The notes: generated by a model not told the origin, from the sequence alone. Counted from the first letter of the stretch, positions 17,674 through 27,409 are shown. The stretch: DNA of 64,000 nucleotides from an uncultured Gammaproteobacteria bacterium (GCA_964488545.1 CAZAUL010000001.1:54955-118954); one strand, 5' to 3'. Translations and numbers: made by a program.

Positions 17674-20007
17674 ATGAGAGTAGTAGAAAAAAATCTTGAG
17701 CTGGGCTCAGGAGAACTAAAAAGAACACTGTCTTTTCAGACAGGTAAGTTAGCAAATGCCGCCACAATCGCAGTGCTTGGACGCATGGGTGATACCAGTG
17801 TATTGGTTACTGTTGTTGCTGGTGCAGAACGTGAAGATATCGATTATTTTCCACTTCAGGTAGAGTACGCTGAAAAACTCTATGCAGGTGGACGTATTAA
17901 AGGTTCCCGATGGGTTAAGCGAGAAGGTAAACCAACAGATGAGGCCGTGCTTACTGGGCGACTCATTGATAGATCTATACGACCTTTGTTTCCAAAAGGG
18001 TATAAAAAAACGGTACAAATAATTATCACTTTGTTATCGGTAGATGGAGTAAATTCACCCGACATTCTTTCCGCGCTCACTGTTTCTGCGGCGCTTCATG
18101 CATCTCCAATCCCATGGAAGGGACCAATTGGTGTATGTCGTGTTGGAGCAATTAGAAACGGAGAATTGACCTACGTAGTAAATCCAACTGAAGAAGACCA
18201 AAAATTTTCAGTGATGGATCTTGTGGTTTCGTCACTCAATAAAAAAGTTGTCATGATTGAAACTGGTGCAGAAGAGGTTGATGAAGAGTCAATTGAAAAG
18301 GGCATAGTCATTGCAACTGAGGAAAACGAAAAAATAATTTCGTTTATAAACGAGTTTGCAAAGGAAGTAGGTAACACCAAAGAAACTGCTTCAGATTCAG
18401 TGGTTGATGAGAAATTATTGCAAGTATTAAAAAAAGAATTTAAATCTGAACTTGATGCACTAGTTGAGCAAAAAGCGAAAAAGGAATTTGAAGACAAAGG
18501 CGCAGTCGACGAACTTGTAAATCTCGTTTCTGAAAAACACGCTGATGAATTTGATAAGAAACAGATTGCCAAAGCAATTGACTATGTTTCAAAGCAAATT
18601 ATTCGTGAAAACATCCTCAACAAAAAGCGTGTAGATGGTCGAGGTATTGATGATTTGCGAAACCTTTCATCCGAGGTAAGTATTATTCCACGAATTCACG
18701 GATCATCCCTTTTTTCGCGTGGAGAAACTCAAGTGCTGTCCATTGTAACCTTGGGTGCTCCAAGTTTAGAACAGCTTATTGAAGGTCCAGAAGGCGAAGA
18801 AGCAAAAAGATATATTCACCACTACTCAATGCCACCATACTCAGTTGGCGAAACAGGTCGTTTTGGATTTCCTTCGCGACGCGAAATTGGACACGGAGCA
18901 CTTGCAGAAAAAGCCCTTGAACCAGTACTTCCAGCTCAAAAAGATTTCCCATATACAATACGTGTAGTTTCTGAAGTCTTATCCTCAAATGGATCAACAT
19001 CACAAGCTTCAACGTGTGCATCTACCCTAGCTCTTATGGACGCTGGAGTTCCTATTAAGGCTCCCGTTGCAGGTATTGCCATGGGTATTGTAACCAAGTC
19101 TGATGACGAGTATGTCATATTGACCGACATCATGGGAATTGAGGATTTTTCAGGAGAGATGGACTTTAAGATGGCTGGTACAGAAACGGGAGTAACTGCA
19201 ATTCAGCTTGATGTAAAAAATATGGGTCTTACTGCAAAGATGATCCATGAAGTTGTGGTTCGCGCAAGAGTTGCACGACTTAAAATACTTGAAAACATGA
19301 AAAAAGCGATAACTGAGCCACGAAAGGAAATTTCACAGTTTGCACCAAAGGTGGTAGTTATCACGCCTCCACAAGATAAGATTGGTGAAATTATTGGGCC
19401 GGGAGGAAAAAATATTCGTGCTCTCATTGCACAAACCAGTACAGATATTAATGTGAGCGATGATGGTAAAGTGACCATTAGTGGTATAGATAAAGCAAAG
19501 GTTGAGATGGCCGCAAAGCTCATTGAAAATATGACACGTGAAATTCAGGTAGGCGAGATCTTTGAAGGTGAGGTAAAAAGAATCGCAGCATTTGGCGCAT
19601 TTGTGGAATGCATTCCGGGTAAAGACGGACTTGTACACGTTTCCAAAATGGGAAGAGGATTTGTAAAAGACCCATCCGAAGTCGTAAAAGTAGGAGATAA
19701 GGTAAAGGTAAAGGTTATGGAGATAGACAATATGGGACGGGTAAACCTCCAAATGTTTGGACCCGATGGCGAAGAGCCACAAATGGGTGCCGGTGCACCA
19801 CCTGCACGGGGCGATCAACAGATGCGGGGCGGTAGGAGAGATTTCCAATCACGTCGCCCACACCACTCGTTTAGACGCGGAGGATCGGGAGCGCCTCAAT
19901 CTGGACCACGAAGGTTTGGACAGCGTCAGCGCCCACAAGGCACGCAACCAGACCACAGAGAGCATAGTCAGTCAGATGATGACTTTCTCAAAGAACTGAT
20001 GTCGTAA
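17674..20007 (+). CDS. pnp: Polyribonucleotide nucleotidyltransferase (PNPase) with an Arg/Gly-rich C-terminal tail
   Basis: Two RNase PH domains plus KH and S1 domains (GEVKRIAAFGAFVE). About 80 aa of extra tail. Confidence 0.95.
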   Translation: MRVVEKNLELGSGELKRTLSFQTGKLANAATIAVLGRMGDTSVLVTVVAGAEREDIDYFPLQVEYAEKLYAGGRIKGSRWVKREGKPTDEAVLTGRLIDRSIRPLFPKGYKKTVQIIITLLSVDGVNSPDILSALTVSAALHASPIPWKGPIGVCRVGAIRNGELTYVVNPTEEDQKFSVMDLVVSSLNKKVVMIETGAEEVDEESIEKGIVIATEENEKIISFINEFAKEVGNTKETASDSVVDEKLLQVLKKEFKSELDALVEQKAKKEFEDKGAVDELVNLVSEKHADEFDKKQIAKAIDYVSKQIIRENILNKKRVDGRGIDDLRNLSSEVSIIPRIHGSSLFSRGETQVLSIVTLGAPSLEQLIEGPEGEEAKRYIHHYSMPPYSVGETGRFGFPSRREIGHGALAEKALEPVLPAQKDFPYTIRVVSEVLSSNGSTSQASTCASTLALMDAGVPIKAPVAGIAMGIVTKSDDEYVILTDIMGIEDFSGEMDFKMAGTETGVTAIQLDVKNMGLTAKMIHEVVVRARVARLKILENMKKAITEPRKEISQFAPKVVVITPPQDKIGEIIGPGGKNIRALIAQTSTDINVSDDGKVTISGIDKAKVEMAAKLIENMTREIQVGEIFEGEVKRIAAFGAFVECIPGKDGLVHVSKMGRGFVKDPSEVVKVGDKVKVKVMEIDNMGRVNLQMFGPDGEEPQMGAGAPPARGDQQMRGGRRDFQSRRPHHSFRRGGSGAPQSGPRRFGQRQRPQGTQPDHREHSQSDDDFLKELMS

Positions 20008-20013
20008 TTGAGT

Positions 20014-20043
20014 TTGACGAGAGGCGGCCGATTGTACTAGAAT
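20014..20043 (+). promoter_or_regulatory. Candidate ftsK promoter TTGACG-18-TAGAAT, 8 nt from the ATG
   Basis: Read directly from the sequence. Confidence 0.4.
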
Positions 20044-20051
20044 GAGTTGAT

Positions 20052-22247
20052 ATGGCAAGAAAAAAAAGTATTATTCGGCTGCCCTTTGTAAAGACCAAAA
20101 TTAACGCAAAAACTCTTTTTTTATTAGTAGCTCTAGTCCTATTTTTTGGCGGGTTTTTGTTGTTGCTCTCGCTGTTGCCACTTGGTCCAAGTGTCGATGG
20201 AAGAGTGCTAGCGGCAATACGGTTTTTTTTAGTTGAAAAGTTTGGTTTCGTATCTTATTTCATACCTGTTTTTATAATTCTTTCATCGATCCATGTTTTT
20301 TCAATTTCTCGAAGAGAAATTGTGAGACCAACCATAACAGTCGGTTTATTTTTTATTTTTATTTCGATAGGGTCTTTGTTTAAGGGGGGTACATGGGGTG
20401 AATTTAGCATGAGTGTGTTACAAGAAAGCATATCTCCTATTGGCACATTTCTTTTTTTAATGACACTACTTTTTATTGGTATTATTCTTTTTTTTGACAC
20501 ATCTATAGAGTTTGTTATGAGGGCGGCATTTAGTATGGGCATGTTGGCTTATAAGCAAATTAAACGATTAATTGATCCTGCAGTGCAGCCTGTGAAATCA
20601 AAGGAAGATGAATTTATTAAAGATAAAAAGACACAAGAAAAGGTATTTGCTCAAAAACCAGTAGAGTACATAGAAGACGTTAAAGCAAAGCAGGGCACTC
20701 ATGAAAAAAAACCTAGTGAAAATCCACCTTCGATACGTGAAGTGCAGTCCGGCAGCGCATCACAGGAAATATACATAAAGCCACTTACGCAGGCTGGATC
20801 AACCTGGATATTTCCACCGCTCAATCTATTGAGCGATGTAAAACAAGCTGAGGCGGATCGTGGGGACGTAAACTATATTGCATCAACAATCGAAAAGACA
20901 CTAGACAGTTTTGGAATTGCGGCACGTGTAGCTGAGCACAATAAAGGACCCGCAGTCACTCAGTATGGAATTGAGATAAAAAGTGGAACTCGACTCTCAA
21001 AGATTACTGCGTTGGCAAATGATTTGGCTCTTGCTATAGCGGCACCGACAGGACAGGTTCGTATTGAGGCTCCCATACCTGGACGGTCCATGGTTGGTAT
21101 CGAAATCCCCAATATACGACCACAGATTGTTACACTCAAGAGCCTCCTTCAAGACGATGTGTTTACGAAAAATCCAGACCCACTCCTTGTACCGTTGGGA
21201 CTTGATGTATCAGGTAGACCGCAGGCCGCGAGTATTGGCAAAATGCCACACTGTCTCATTGCAGGTACCACAGGCTCTGGTAAGTCGGTAATAATTAATG
21301 CCTGGATAAGCACTTTTCTTTTCAGAACACGGCCGGAAGATTTGCGCCTGATATTGGTTGATCCTAAGCGAGTTGAGATGGGTGCCTATAACAGCATCCC
21401 ACATCTACTAACACCAGTTATTAACGAACCAGAAATGACTCTGCGTGCGCTACGCTGGACCGTAAACGAGATGCAAGAGCGATATAAGCTTTTTGCAAAA
21501 GTACATGCACGAAATATTGAAAGCTACAATCAAATACCTGGGGTAGAAAAAAAACCGTTTATTATATTTATGATTGATGAGTTGGCAGATCTTATGATGT
21601 TTGCCGGTAACGATGTGGAGACGCTTATTACGCGTATTGCCCAGCTTGCTCGTGCAACGGGTATTCACCTAGTTTTGGCGACACAACGGCCTTCTGTTGA
21701 TGTTATTACGGGTCTTATGAAGGCTAATATTCCCGCCCGCCTTGCGTTTAACGTATCATCAATGATTGACTCCCGCGTTATTATCGATATGCCTGGTGCT
21801 GAAAAATTGCTTGGAAAAGGAGATATGCTTTTCTTGCCTCCAGATCAAGCAAAGCCAAGACGCATACAGGGTCCCTTTATTACTGAAAAGGAAGTATTGG
21901 AACTAACGAAGTTTATTCGTGCGCAATCACCAGAAGTTCACTATACAGAGGAAATTATGGAAACAGACCCCGGTATTAATGTTTCCGGGCAGATGACTAT
22001 CGGTGGCGGTGTCAGTAATGGACAAGATCCACTCTTTAACCAAGCACTTGACGTAATCCAGCAGTCGGGCAAAGCCTCAACATCATATCTGCAGCGTAAG
22101 CTAAAAATCGGATACTCACGGGCCGCAGCAATAATTGACGAACTGGAAACTGCAGGCTATGTAGGGCCAGCAACGGGAAGTGGAAAACCGCGCGAGGTCC
22201 TTAAACGCACTGCACCCGACACAGCGGCAGGGCAGGATATTGTATAA
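20052..22247 (+). CDS. ftsK: DNA translocase FtsK
   Basis: N-terminal TM helices, Walker A AGTTGSGKSV, Walker B FMIDELADL, and a C-terminal gamma winged helix (SYLQRKLKIGYSRAA). Confidence 0.95.
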   Translation: MARKKSIIRLPFVKTKINAKTLFLLVALVLFFGGFLLLLSLLPLGPSVDGRVLAAIRFFLVEKFGFVSYFIPVFIILSSIHVFSISRREIVRPTITVGLFFIFISIGSLFKGGTWGEFSMSVLQESISPIGTFLFLMTLLFIGIILFFDTSIEFVMRAAFSMGMLAYKQIKRLIDPAVQPVKSKEDEFIKDKKTQEKVFAQKPVEYIEDVKAKQGTHEKKPSENPPSIREVQSGSASQEIYIKPLTQAGSTWIFPPLNLLSDVKQAEADRGDVNYIASTIEKTLDSFGIAARVAEHNKGPAVTQYGIEIKSGTRLSKITALANDLALAIAAPTGQVRIEAPIPGRSMVGIEIPNIRPQIVTLKSLLQDDVFTKNPDPLLVPLGLDVSGRPQAASIGKMPHCLIAGTTGSGKSVIINAWISTFLFRTRPEDLRLILVDPKRVEMGAYNSIPHLLTPVINEPEMTLRALRWTVNEMQERYKLFAKVHARNIESYNQIPGVEKKPFIIFMIDELADLMMFAGNDVETLITRIAQLARATGIHLVLATQRPSVDVITGLMKANIPARLAFNVSSMIDSRVIIDMPGAEKLLGKGDMLFLPPDQAKPRRIQGPFITEKEVLELTKFIRAQSPEVHYTEEIMETDPGINVSGQMTIGGGVSNGQDPLFNQALDVIQQSGKASTSYLQRKLKIGYSRAAAIIDELETAGYVGPATGSGKPREVLKRTAPDTAAGQDIV

Positions 22248-22250
22248 CAT

Positions 22251-22964
22251 ATGCAAGACAGCACCACGCTCATTATCGTTGGTGGTTCAGGCGATGACGA
22301 GCATTCATTTGATCCATTAAAAAGAATTATGGGCAAGTGTATGCCCAAACTTAAAGTAGTTACTTTTTCATTTACTAGCACAAAAAGTCACAGCGATCTT
22401 CCACTTCATACACAAGTTAACGATTTGAATGCTATTCTGGATCACGAAAATGCTGCATCACACAAAAGCTGTGTGCTTATGGCAACAAGCCAGGGTGCAT
22501 ACAGTGCCACGCATGTATTAGTAAACTCTTACTATGGGCAGTTGATTAAGCAATGTATATTAGTTGATCCAGCAGATTATTATAGTGATACAAAAATCTT
22601 ACTATCCCAAGCGCATTCATGGTCAGGATTTGAAGCATATGAGCCTGAAAAGAAAACAATCTCTATGCTTATGAACGATATAAAAAGTGATGTAGTTGTG
22701 GACGTAATCCATTTTGCGCTTCGAAACTACGATAAAAATGGATATGGAGCACCATCAGAAAGAAGGGTGGACAATCCGCATAAGTTCCCTCGATTAAATA
22801 GCAATATGGTAGAGTCATTTTTTAGAAATACTCCCCAAAAAAATAAAGGGCACTACGTCGTAGAAAAAACCCTACCTCATGCATTTATGAGAGATGGGAA
22901 TATAGATCAAAACTGTGAAACTCTTTCGAGAATCATTTACAATCTTCTCACTAACAGAATGTAA
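22251..22964 (+). CDS. Hypothetical protein, possible alpha/beta-hydrolase fold
   Basis: 237 aa. VLMATSQGAY resembles a nucleophile elbow. The call is weak. Confidence 0.35.
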   Translation: MQDSTTLIIVGGSGDDEHSFDPLKRIMGKCMPKLKVVTFSFTSTKSHSDLPLHTQVNDLNAILDHENAASHKSCVLMATSQGAYSATHVLVNSYYGQLIKQCILVDPADYYSDTKILLSQAHSWSGFEAYEPEKKTISMLMNDIKSDVVVDVIHFALRNYDKNGYGAPSERRVDNPHKFPRLNSNMVESFFRNTPQKNKGHYVVEKTLPHAFMRDGNIDQNCETLSRIIYNLLTNRM

Positions 22965-22979
22965 CGGTACTTTTCTGAG

Positions 22980-23948
22980 TTATAAATCTTGTTGAATATA
23001 TTTGCGAATGTTTTCGTTATGTTCTTCTAATGTTTTTGCAGGTCGTATACGCCCTTTTGAGTCGTTGACATAATACCAGTAAGGAGTATTTGGATCTGCA
23101 CCCAGTGCCGCCTTAATTGAAGCCAGTCCTGGATTACATATAGGAGCAGGAGGATAACCCGTTTTTTGATACGTATTATATGAAGAATCTGCCTTTATAT
23201 CTTCAAGGGTAAGATGACGCTTCCACCATGTTTTTTCCTGCCGCTGATATCCAAGTGCATACTGTATAGTTGCGTCAATTTGAAGTGGCCAATCATTTGC
23301 AGCGCGTTTAGCTATTATGCTTGCTACTAATAGGCGGTCTTCGGGAAATTTAGCTTCCCGTTCGACAAGCGAAGCTAAGATAAGAGCCTCACGATCTGAA
23401 CGCTTTTCAAAAGGATACTGCTTGCGCGCTTCAGCAATTTTTGCTTTAAAATTATTTTGCATAATTTCTATAATCTGTTCTTCAGTTGCCTGTTTGGGTA
23501 TAAGATATGTGTCCGGAAACAGTTCACCCTCCCGTGCATTCTCGATAAATGTAATCTCAGATATAGAAAATTGATCCTTTAACTTCATTGCAATTTCTTC
23601 TTTGCGCATGCCTTCAATTATGGTGATCCACTCGTCTTCGGTTCCATGAGTAAGTTGTTCGGCTATTTGCTGAGCTGTAAGTCTTTTTGAAAGCTTAAAG
23701 TCACCTGCCTGTATGTTTTTTTCAATACCCATTTGCTTTGCTATTGCAAGAAATACGAGACGGTTTCGTATCAACCCCTCAGTTGAGAGTCGCTTTGTAA
23801 TTGAATAGAGTCCCTCTCCCTTTTGTACAGTAAAAATCTGTGCACCTGTGTTAGTTTTATCAACGGGAAGGCCACCTTCAACGTATACAAAATATCCGAA
23901 TATAAGTACCAATATAGTCAAAATGAGGGTGATACGTAATCTTTTCAT
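22980..23948 (-). CDS. mltG: Endolytic murein transglycosylase MltG (YceG family)
   Basis: N-terminal TM helix, ILASLVEREAKF, and the YNTYQKTGYPPAPICNPG motif. Confidence 0.9.
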   Translation of the reverse strand: MKRLRITLILTILVLIFGYFVYVEGGLPVDKTNTGAQIFTVQKGEGLYSITKRLSTEGLIRNRLVFLAIAKQMGIEKNIQAGDFKLSKRLTAQQIAEQLTHGTEDEWITIIEGMRKEEIAMKLKDQFSISEITFIENAREGELFPDTYLIPKQATEEQIIEIMQNNFKAKIAEARKQYPFEKRSDREALILASLVEREAKFPEDRLLVASIIAKRAANDWPLQIDATIQYALGYQRQEKTWWKRHLTLEDIKADSSYNTYQKTGYPPAPICNPGLASIKAALGADPNTPYWYYVNDSKGRIRPAKTLEEHNENIRKYIQQDL

Positions 23949-25207
23949 ATGGTGGTGTCCAATAAATGGATGGGAAATGTTTGTAATGAGTTTTCAGCTT
24001 CTTCAAAAAGATATGACTTTGATGCGTAGAGCTCCATTATAGGCTCTCTAAGTTCGATCGTATCCCCCACTTTTTTATACAGGACAATACCCGCGTGTTT
24101 ATCTTTTGGAGCACCAAGTAAACGCGCCAAACTGTTAAGATGGCGATTGTCTATCTCACGAACCCGTCCGCGCCGTGAACTTCGGATTACTTTCTTTTTG
24201 TTTTGTATAGTGATTGTTTTTGAGGTGATATGGGGTGATCCTCCCTGTGCTTTAATTATTTCTTTAAACTTTTGGAGCGCATTGCCTGAGGCGAGTATTT
24301 CACGAGCAACATCGATTCCGTGTTTTTTTGTTCCATCCTCTTTGAAACATAGATCAAGTAACATACCCGCCAAAAAAAGGGCACGCTCCTCAAGTTCAGG
24401 TGGTCTATCATCTGATTGCTCGAGTACTTTGAGCACATCTCTTGCTTCAAGAGCTGGTCCAACACCAAAGCCGGCGGGCTGTTTTGTTTTATTAATGGTC
24501 GTCACCACCTTAATACCAAATTTTTTTCCCAAGTCGCGGAATTTTTTTGCAACAACTTCTGCGTCTTTTTCGTGAACTATTTTCATTGTTTTGCCAATGG
24601 GTATATCAAGGATAAGATGTGTAGTTGAGGCGGCAATTTTTTTTGCCATGACTGATACAATAATTTTGTCGAACGACTCAAAAGCAATCGGCTCTTCGAT
24701 ATGAATAAGTACATCATCTGCAGGTGCAATTCCTAGCTTGCCGTTCCAGCAAATACACCCTCCCACAGTATTCACAATATCTTCAAGTTTATCTACCTTA
24801 AATTCAACACCTGCCAGTACCTCCATTGCGTCTGCCGTACCAGCGGGAGTAGTAATGGCTCGTGATGATATCTTGGGAATTTTATAACCTGCCGCGGCGA
24901 TAATAGGCACCATTACCATAGTTGCGCGTGTGCCGGATACTCCACCTATTGAATGTTTATCAGCAACAATACCCTTAAATCGTAGCCGGTTGCCTGTTTC
25001 AACCATAGCTTTCGTGAATTGATATAAATCATCATGATGGAAGCCATCTTTAAAAGAAGCTGCAACAAAATAGGTGGTAAGTATGTCACTTAAGCGCTCA
25101 TGAGCAATCTGATCCATAAGATTGTATATCTCCTTATAGGAAAGATTTTTACCCAGTAAGCTTCGTTGTATAGAAAGTACTGCCTTTTTTTGATTAATAT
25201 CAGTCAT
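23945..25207 (-). CDS. Thymidine/pyrimidine-nucleoside phosphorylase family protein (possibly AMP phosphorylase)
   Basis: DKHSIGGVSGTRA and the domain order of glycosyltransferase family 3. Confidence 0.8.
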   Translation of the reverse strand: MTDINQKKAVLSIQRSLLGKNLSYKEIYNLMDQIAHERLSDILTTYFVAASFKDGFHHDDLYQFTKAMVETGNRLRFKGIVADKHSIGGVSGTRATMVMVPIIAAAGYKIPKISSRAITTPAGTADAMEVLAGVEFKVDKLEDIVNTVGGCICWNGKLGIAPADDVLIHIEEPIAFESFDKIIVSVMAKKIAASTTHLILDIPIGKTMKIVHEKDAEVVAKKFRDLGKKFGIKVVTTINKTKQPAGFGVGPALEARDVLKVLEQSDDRPPELEERALFLAGMLLDLCFKEDGTKKHGIDVAREILASGNALQKFKEIIKAQGGSPHITSKTITIQNKKKVIRSSRRGRVREIDNRHLNSLARLLGAPKDKHAGIVLYKKVGDTIELREPIMELYASKSYLFEEAENSLQTFPIHLLDTTI

Positions 25208-26825
25208 AGGAACTATAGATTTCGGTAATTTTCTTTTGGAATTCTCTTGCCTTCATCGTTAACCGTGTGACTACGTAGAGTTCGTTAACAGCAAGAAGCC
25301 AACATAAAAATAAGTATAGCAAAAGATATAACACAGAACTTGTGGTGAGGAGTATAAGAATATTTATCGTGCGTGTTGTATCAAGGAGAAGGTTGTCGAT
25401 GAGCTTGATGAGAATATAAGGTATGGGGGCTGCTACCACTGCGGCGATACTAATTTTACCCATTCCGGTTATCATAGGGATGATTTCAAACGCGATACGT
25501 TTATGAAAGAGAACAAAAAGAACAAAAACCTGCAGTGTAATTGAAAGCGAGAACGAAATACCAAGCGACCATACGGGAAGTTTAGCAATGAGCACAAAGA
25601 ACACAGAGAGAAGTGTATTTACCAGTATACCCATCAGACTTGCAAAAAAAGGGGTTTTCGTGTCGTGCAGTGCATAAAAAGAACGGGTTAGGATGTAATA
25701 GATTGCGTGTATGGGAATTGAGATGGCAAAATATGACAAAAGAAATGCGGTTTGCACCGTTGCATCCCAGTCAAATTTTTCTCCACCAAAAAACATACGC
25801 ACAAGCGGTGTTCTTGCAAAAATAAAATATGTTGCAATGGGTGTTGTAAGAAAAATAACATTCATAATAGATTCCGTAATAATCTTGGTAAGTTCGGATA
25901 GTTTTTTCTGTGACGCCAACTCCGATAAATAGGGTAAGGATGCCTGACCAAACGACATCCCTATTACTGAAACAGGGAGTAGCTGTAAATGCTGGGCAAA
26001 ATAGAATATGGTATATGCTCCAGACCCAAGTAATGTAGCAAGAGTTAAGTCGATAGTTGCGTCTATCTGAGTTGCAATAATGGTCAGAAGTCGCGGGCCA
26101 ATCATTGTGAAGAAATCTCTTACTCCATTGTGTTTTGCGATACCAAAGTAGTAGTTATTTTTTAATGTTGCCCCAATAGGAAGCTGTATAACTGCAAATA
26201 ACAATGCGCCCGCCATTACGCCCCATACCGGTGCATGTAGTCCATAATAGGGGGCAAACACATATGTAGCGATAATAACGGATATGTTGTAAATAATAGG
26301 AGGAATTGCTGTTATAAAAAACCTTTTTTGCGCCTGAGCGATACCTGTTAGAAAGTTGCCGATAACCAGAAAGGGAAGTTGTCCCACAAGGAGTAGTTGT
26401 GAATAATACGTTATTTCAGCCATCTTCTGCCCGCTAAAACCTGGCGCAATGAGTGGAACGATATAGGGCATAAGTGGTACAAGAACAGCAACTAACACAG
26501 TTAGCAAGATAAAAACAGCATTCATGATCGAAGATATGACTCTTGCCTGTTCTTTCTCATCCTTCGCATACTGAATAAAAATGGGTATAAGTGTTGAAGT
26601 AATTGCTCCAGTTATAAGCAGTTCAAATATGAGATCTGGAATCCGAAATGAAGCAAAAAAGATATCAAGCTGATCTTTTGTAAAAAATCCTGCAAGGATA
26701 CGGTAGCGCACAAATCCAAAAATGCGCGATACAACAATCATAAAGCTGATAATCATTGCAGACGAAAAAAGGCCCCCCTGCGTTCCTAGAAATAATCTTT
26801 TTGTCTGTTGATAGAGCTTGTTCAT
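25200..26825 (-). CDS. murJ: Lipid II flippase MurJ (MviN)
   Basis: About 14 TM helices and MurJ N-terminal motifs (RILAGFFTKDQLDIFFASFRIPD). ATG at 26825 (the track start at 26831 is TTG). Confidence 0.9.
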   Translation of the reverse strand: MNKLYQQTKRLFLGTQGGLFSSAMIISFMIVVSRIFGFVRYRILAGFFTKDQLDIFFASFRIPDLIFELLITGAITSTLIPIFIQYAKDEKEQARVISSIMNAVFILLTVLVAVLVPLMPYIVPLIAPGFSGQKMAEITYYSQLLLVGQLPFLVIGNFLTGIAQAQKRFFITAIPPIIYNISVIIATYVFAPYYGLHAPVWGVMAGALLFAVIQLPIGATLKNNYYFGIAKHNGVRDFFTMIGPRLLTIIATQIDATIDLTLATLLGSGAYTIFYFAQHLQLLPVSVIGMSFGQASLPYLSELASQKKLSELTKIITESIMNVIFLTTPIATYFIFARTPLVRMFFGGEKFDWDATVQTAFLLSYFAISIPIHAIYYILTRSFYALHDTKTPFFASLMGILVNTLLSVFFVLIAKLPVWSLGISFSLSITLQVFVLFVLFHKRIAFEIIPMITGMGKISIAAVVAAPIPYILIKLIDNLLLDTTRTINILILLTTSSVLYLLLYLFLCWLLAVNELYVVTRLTMKAREFQKKITEIYSSYD

Positions 26826-26859
26826 GTGCAATATATAGTGTACACCATGAGTTGTTATT

Positions 26860-26916
26860 ATCCCAATATCCCAATTAATAAATGACCAATGTCAGATGAC
26901 AAATGACCAATGATCA
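26860..26916. repeat. Tandem octamer ATCCCAAT x2, then five tandem heptamers ATGACCA/ATGTCAG/ATGACAA/ATGACCA/ATGATCA
   Basis: Read directly from the murJ/mraZ divergent intergenic region. The same ATGACCA heptad family occurs at 56367..56401. Confidence 0.65.
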
Positions 26917-26941
26917 TTTGTCTAGATAGATAATGTATGTG

Positions 26942-26970
26942 TTGACTTTTAGTTCAAAATGGCGTTAAAT
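26942..26970 (+). promoter_or_regulatory. Candidate mraZ (dcw) promoter TTGACT-17-TTAAAT, 8 nt from the ATG
   Basis: Read directly from the sequence. Confidence 0.45.
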
Positions 26971-26978
26971 GGTTGTAT

Positions 26979-27401
26979 ATGGTTTTTTTTGGTGAATATT
27001 CTGTATCTTTTACAGCCCCTGGTCGTATTGTGATACCAAAAAAAATCAGAGAACTTCTGAAGGGTGACACCTTTGTTATCACCAAAGGATTTGACGAATG
27101 CTTGTCGGGGTACGATAAACACGATTGGGAGGTTCGATCACAGGCACTTGTTTCTGTGTCACTACTTGATAAAACTGACATTGCCAAACGCCGATCTCTC
27201 TTTTCGTCAACCACCTACATTACCATAGACGAACAAGGAAGATTTGTTATTCCAAAAGCTCTTCTTGTTCACGCTGATCTGAAAGACAAGGTGCTAATTA
27301 TCGGAGTTGGCGATCATTTTGAACTATGGAGCCCCGAACGGTGGGAACAATATCAATTTGAGCTAAAAGAACAACGCTCTGAGCCAGCCGAACACAACTA
27401 A
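26979..27401 (+). CDS. mraZ: Transcriptional regulator MraZ
   Basis: MVFFGEYSVSF...GRIVIPKKIRE and a second GRFVIPKAL SpoVT-AbrB repeat. First gene of the dcw cluster. Confidence 0.9.
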   Translation: MVFFGEYSVSFTAPGRIVIPKKIRELLKGDTFVITKGFDECLSGYDKHDWEVRSQALVSVSLLDKTDIAKRRSLFSSTTYITIDEQGRFVIPKALLVHADLKDKVLIIGVGDHFELWSPERWEQYQFELKEQRSEPAEHN

Positions 27402-27409
27402 AAGCCATT

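Noticed and set aside
18171-18572. Long antisense ORFs inside well-supported genes. Examples: 18171..18572 and 19333..19848 in pnp, 48384..48743 and 48771..49232 in ftsA, 40544..40942 and 40970..41341 in the SPFH gene, 37151..37543 in yvcK, and 49435..49776 in ftsZ.
   Set aside because: Their translations are low-complexity (Ser/Thr/Ile-rich) with no recognisable motifs. They lie wholly opposite strongly conserved genes, so they are shadow ORFs.
26860-26875. The tandem ATCCCAAT x2 (minus strand ATTGGGAT ATTGGGAT) as MraZ boxes.
   Set aside because: E. coli-type MraZ sites are three TGGGN repeats at 10-bp spacing downstream of the promoter. Here there are two units at 8-bp spacing, about 70 bp upstream of the candidate -35 and on the opposite strand. 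The resemblance is too weak to claim.
26882-26916. The heptad arrays as a CRISPR array or a mobile-element terminal repeat.
   Set aside because: The units are 7 nt with no spacers and total about 35 nt. No cas genes or transposase are nearby. These are simple tandem repeats, not CRISPR.
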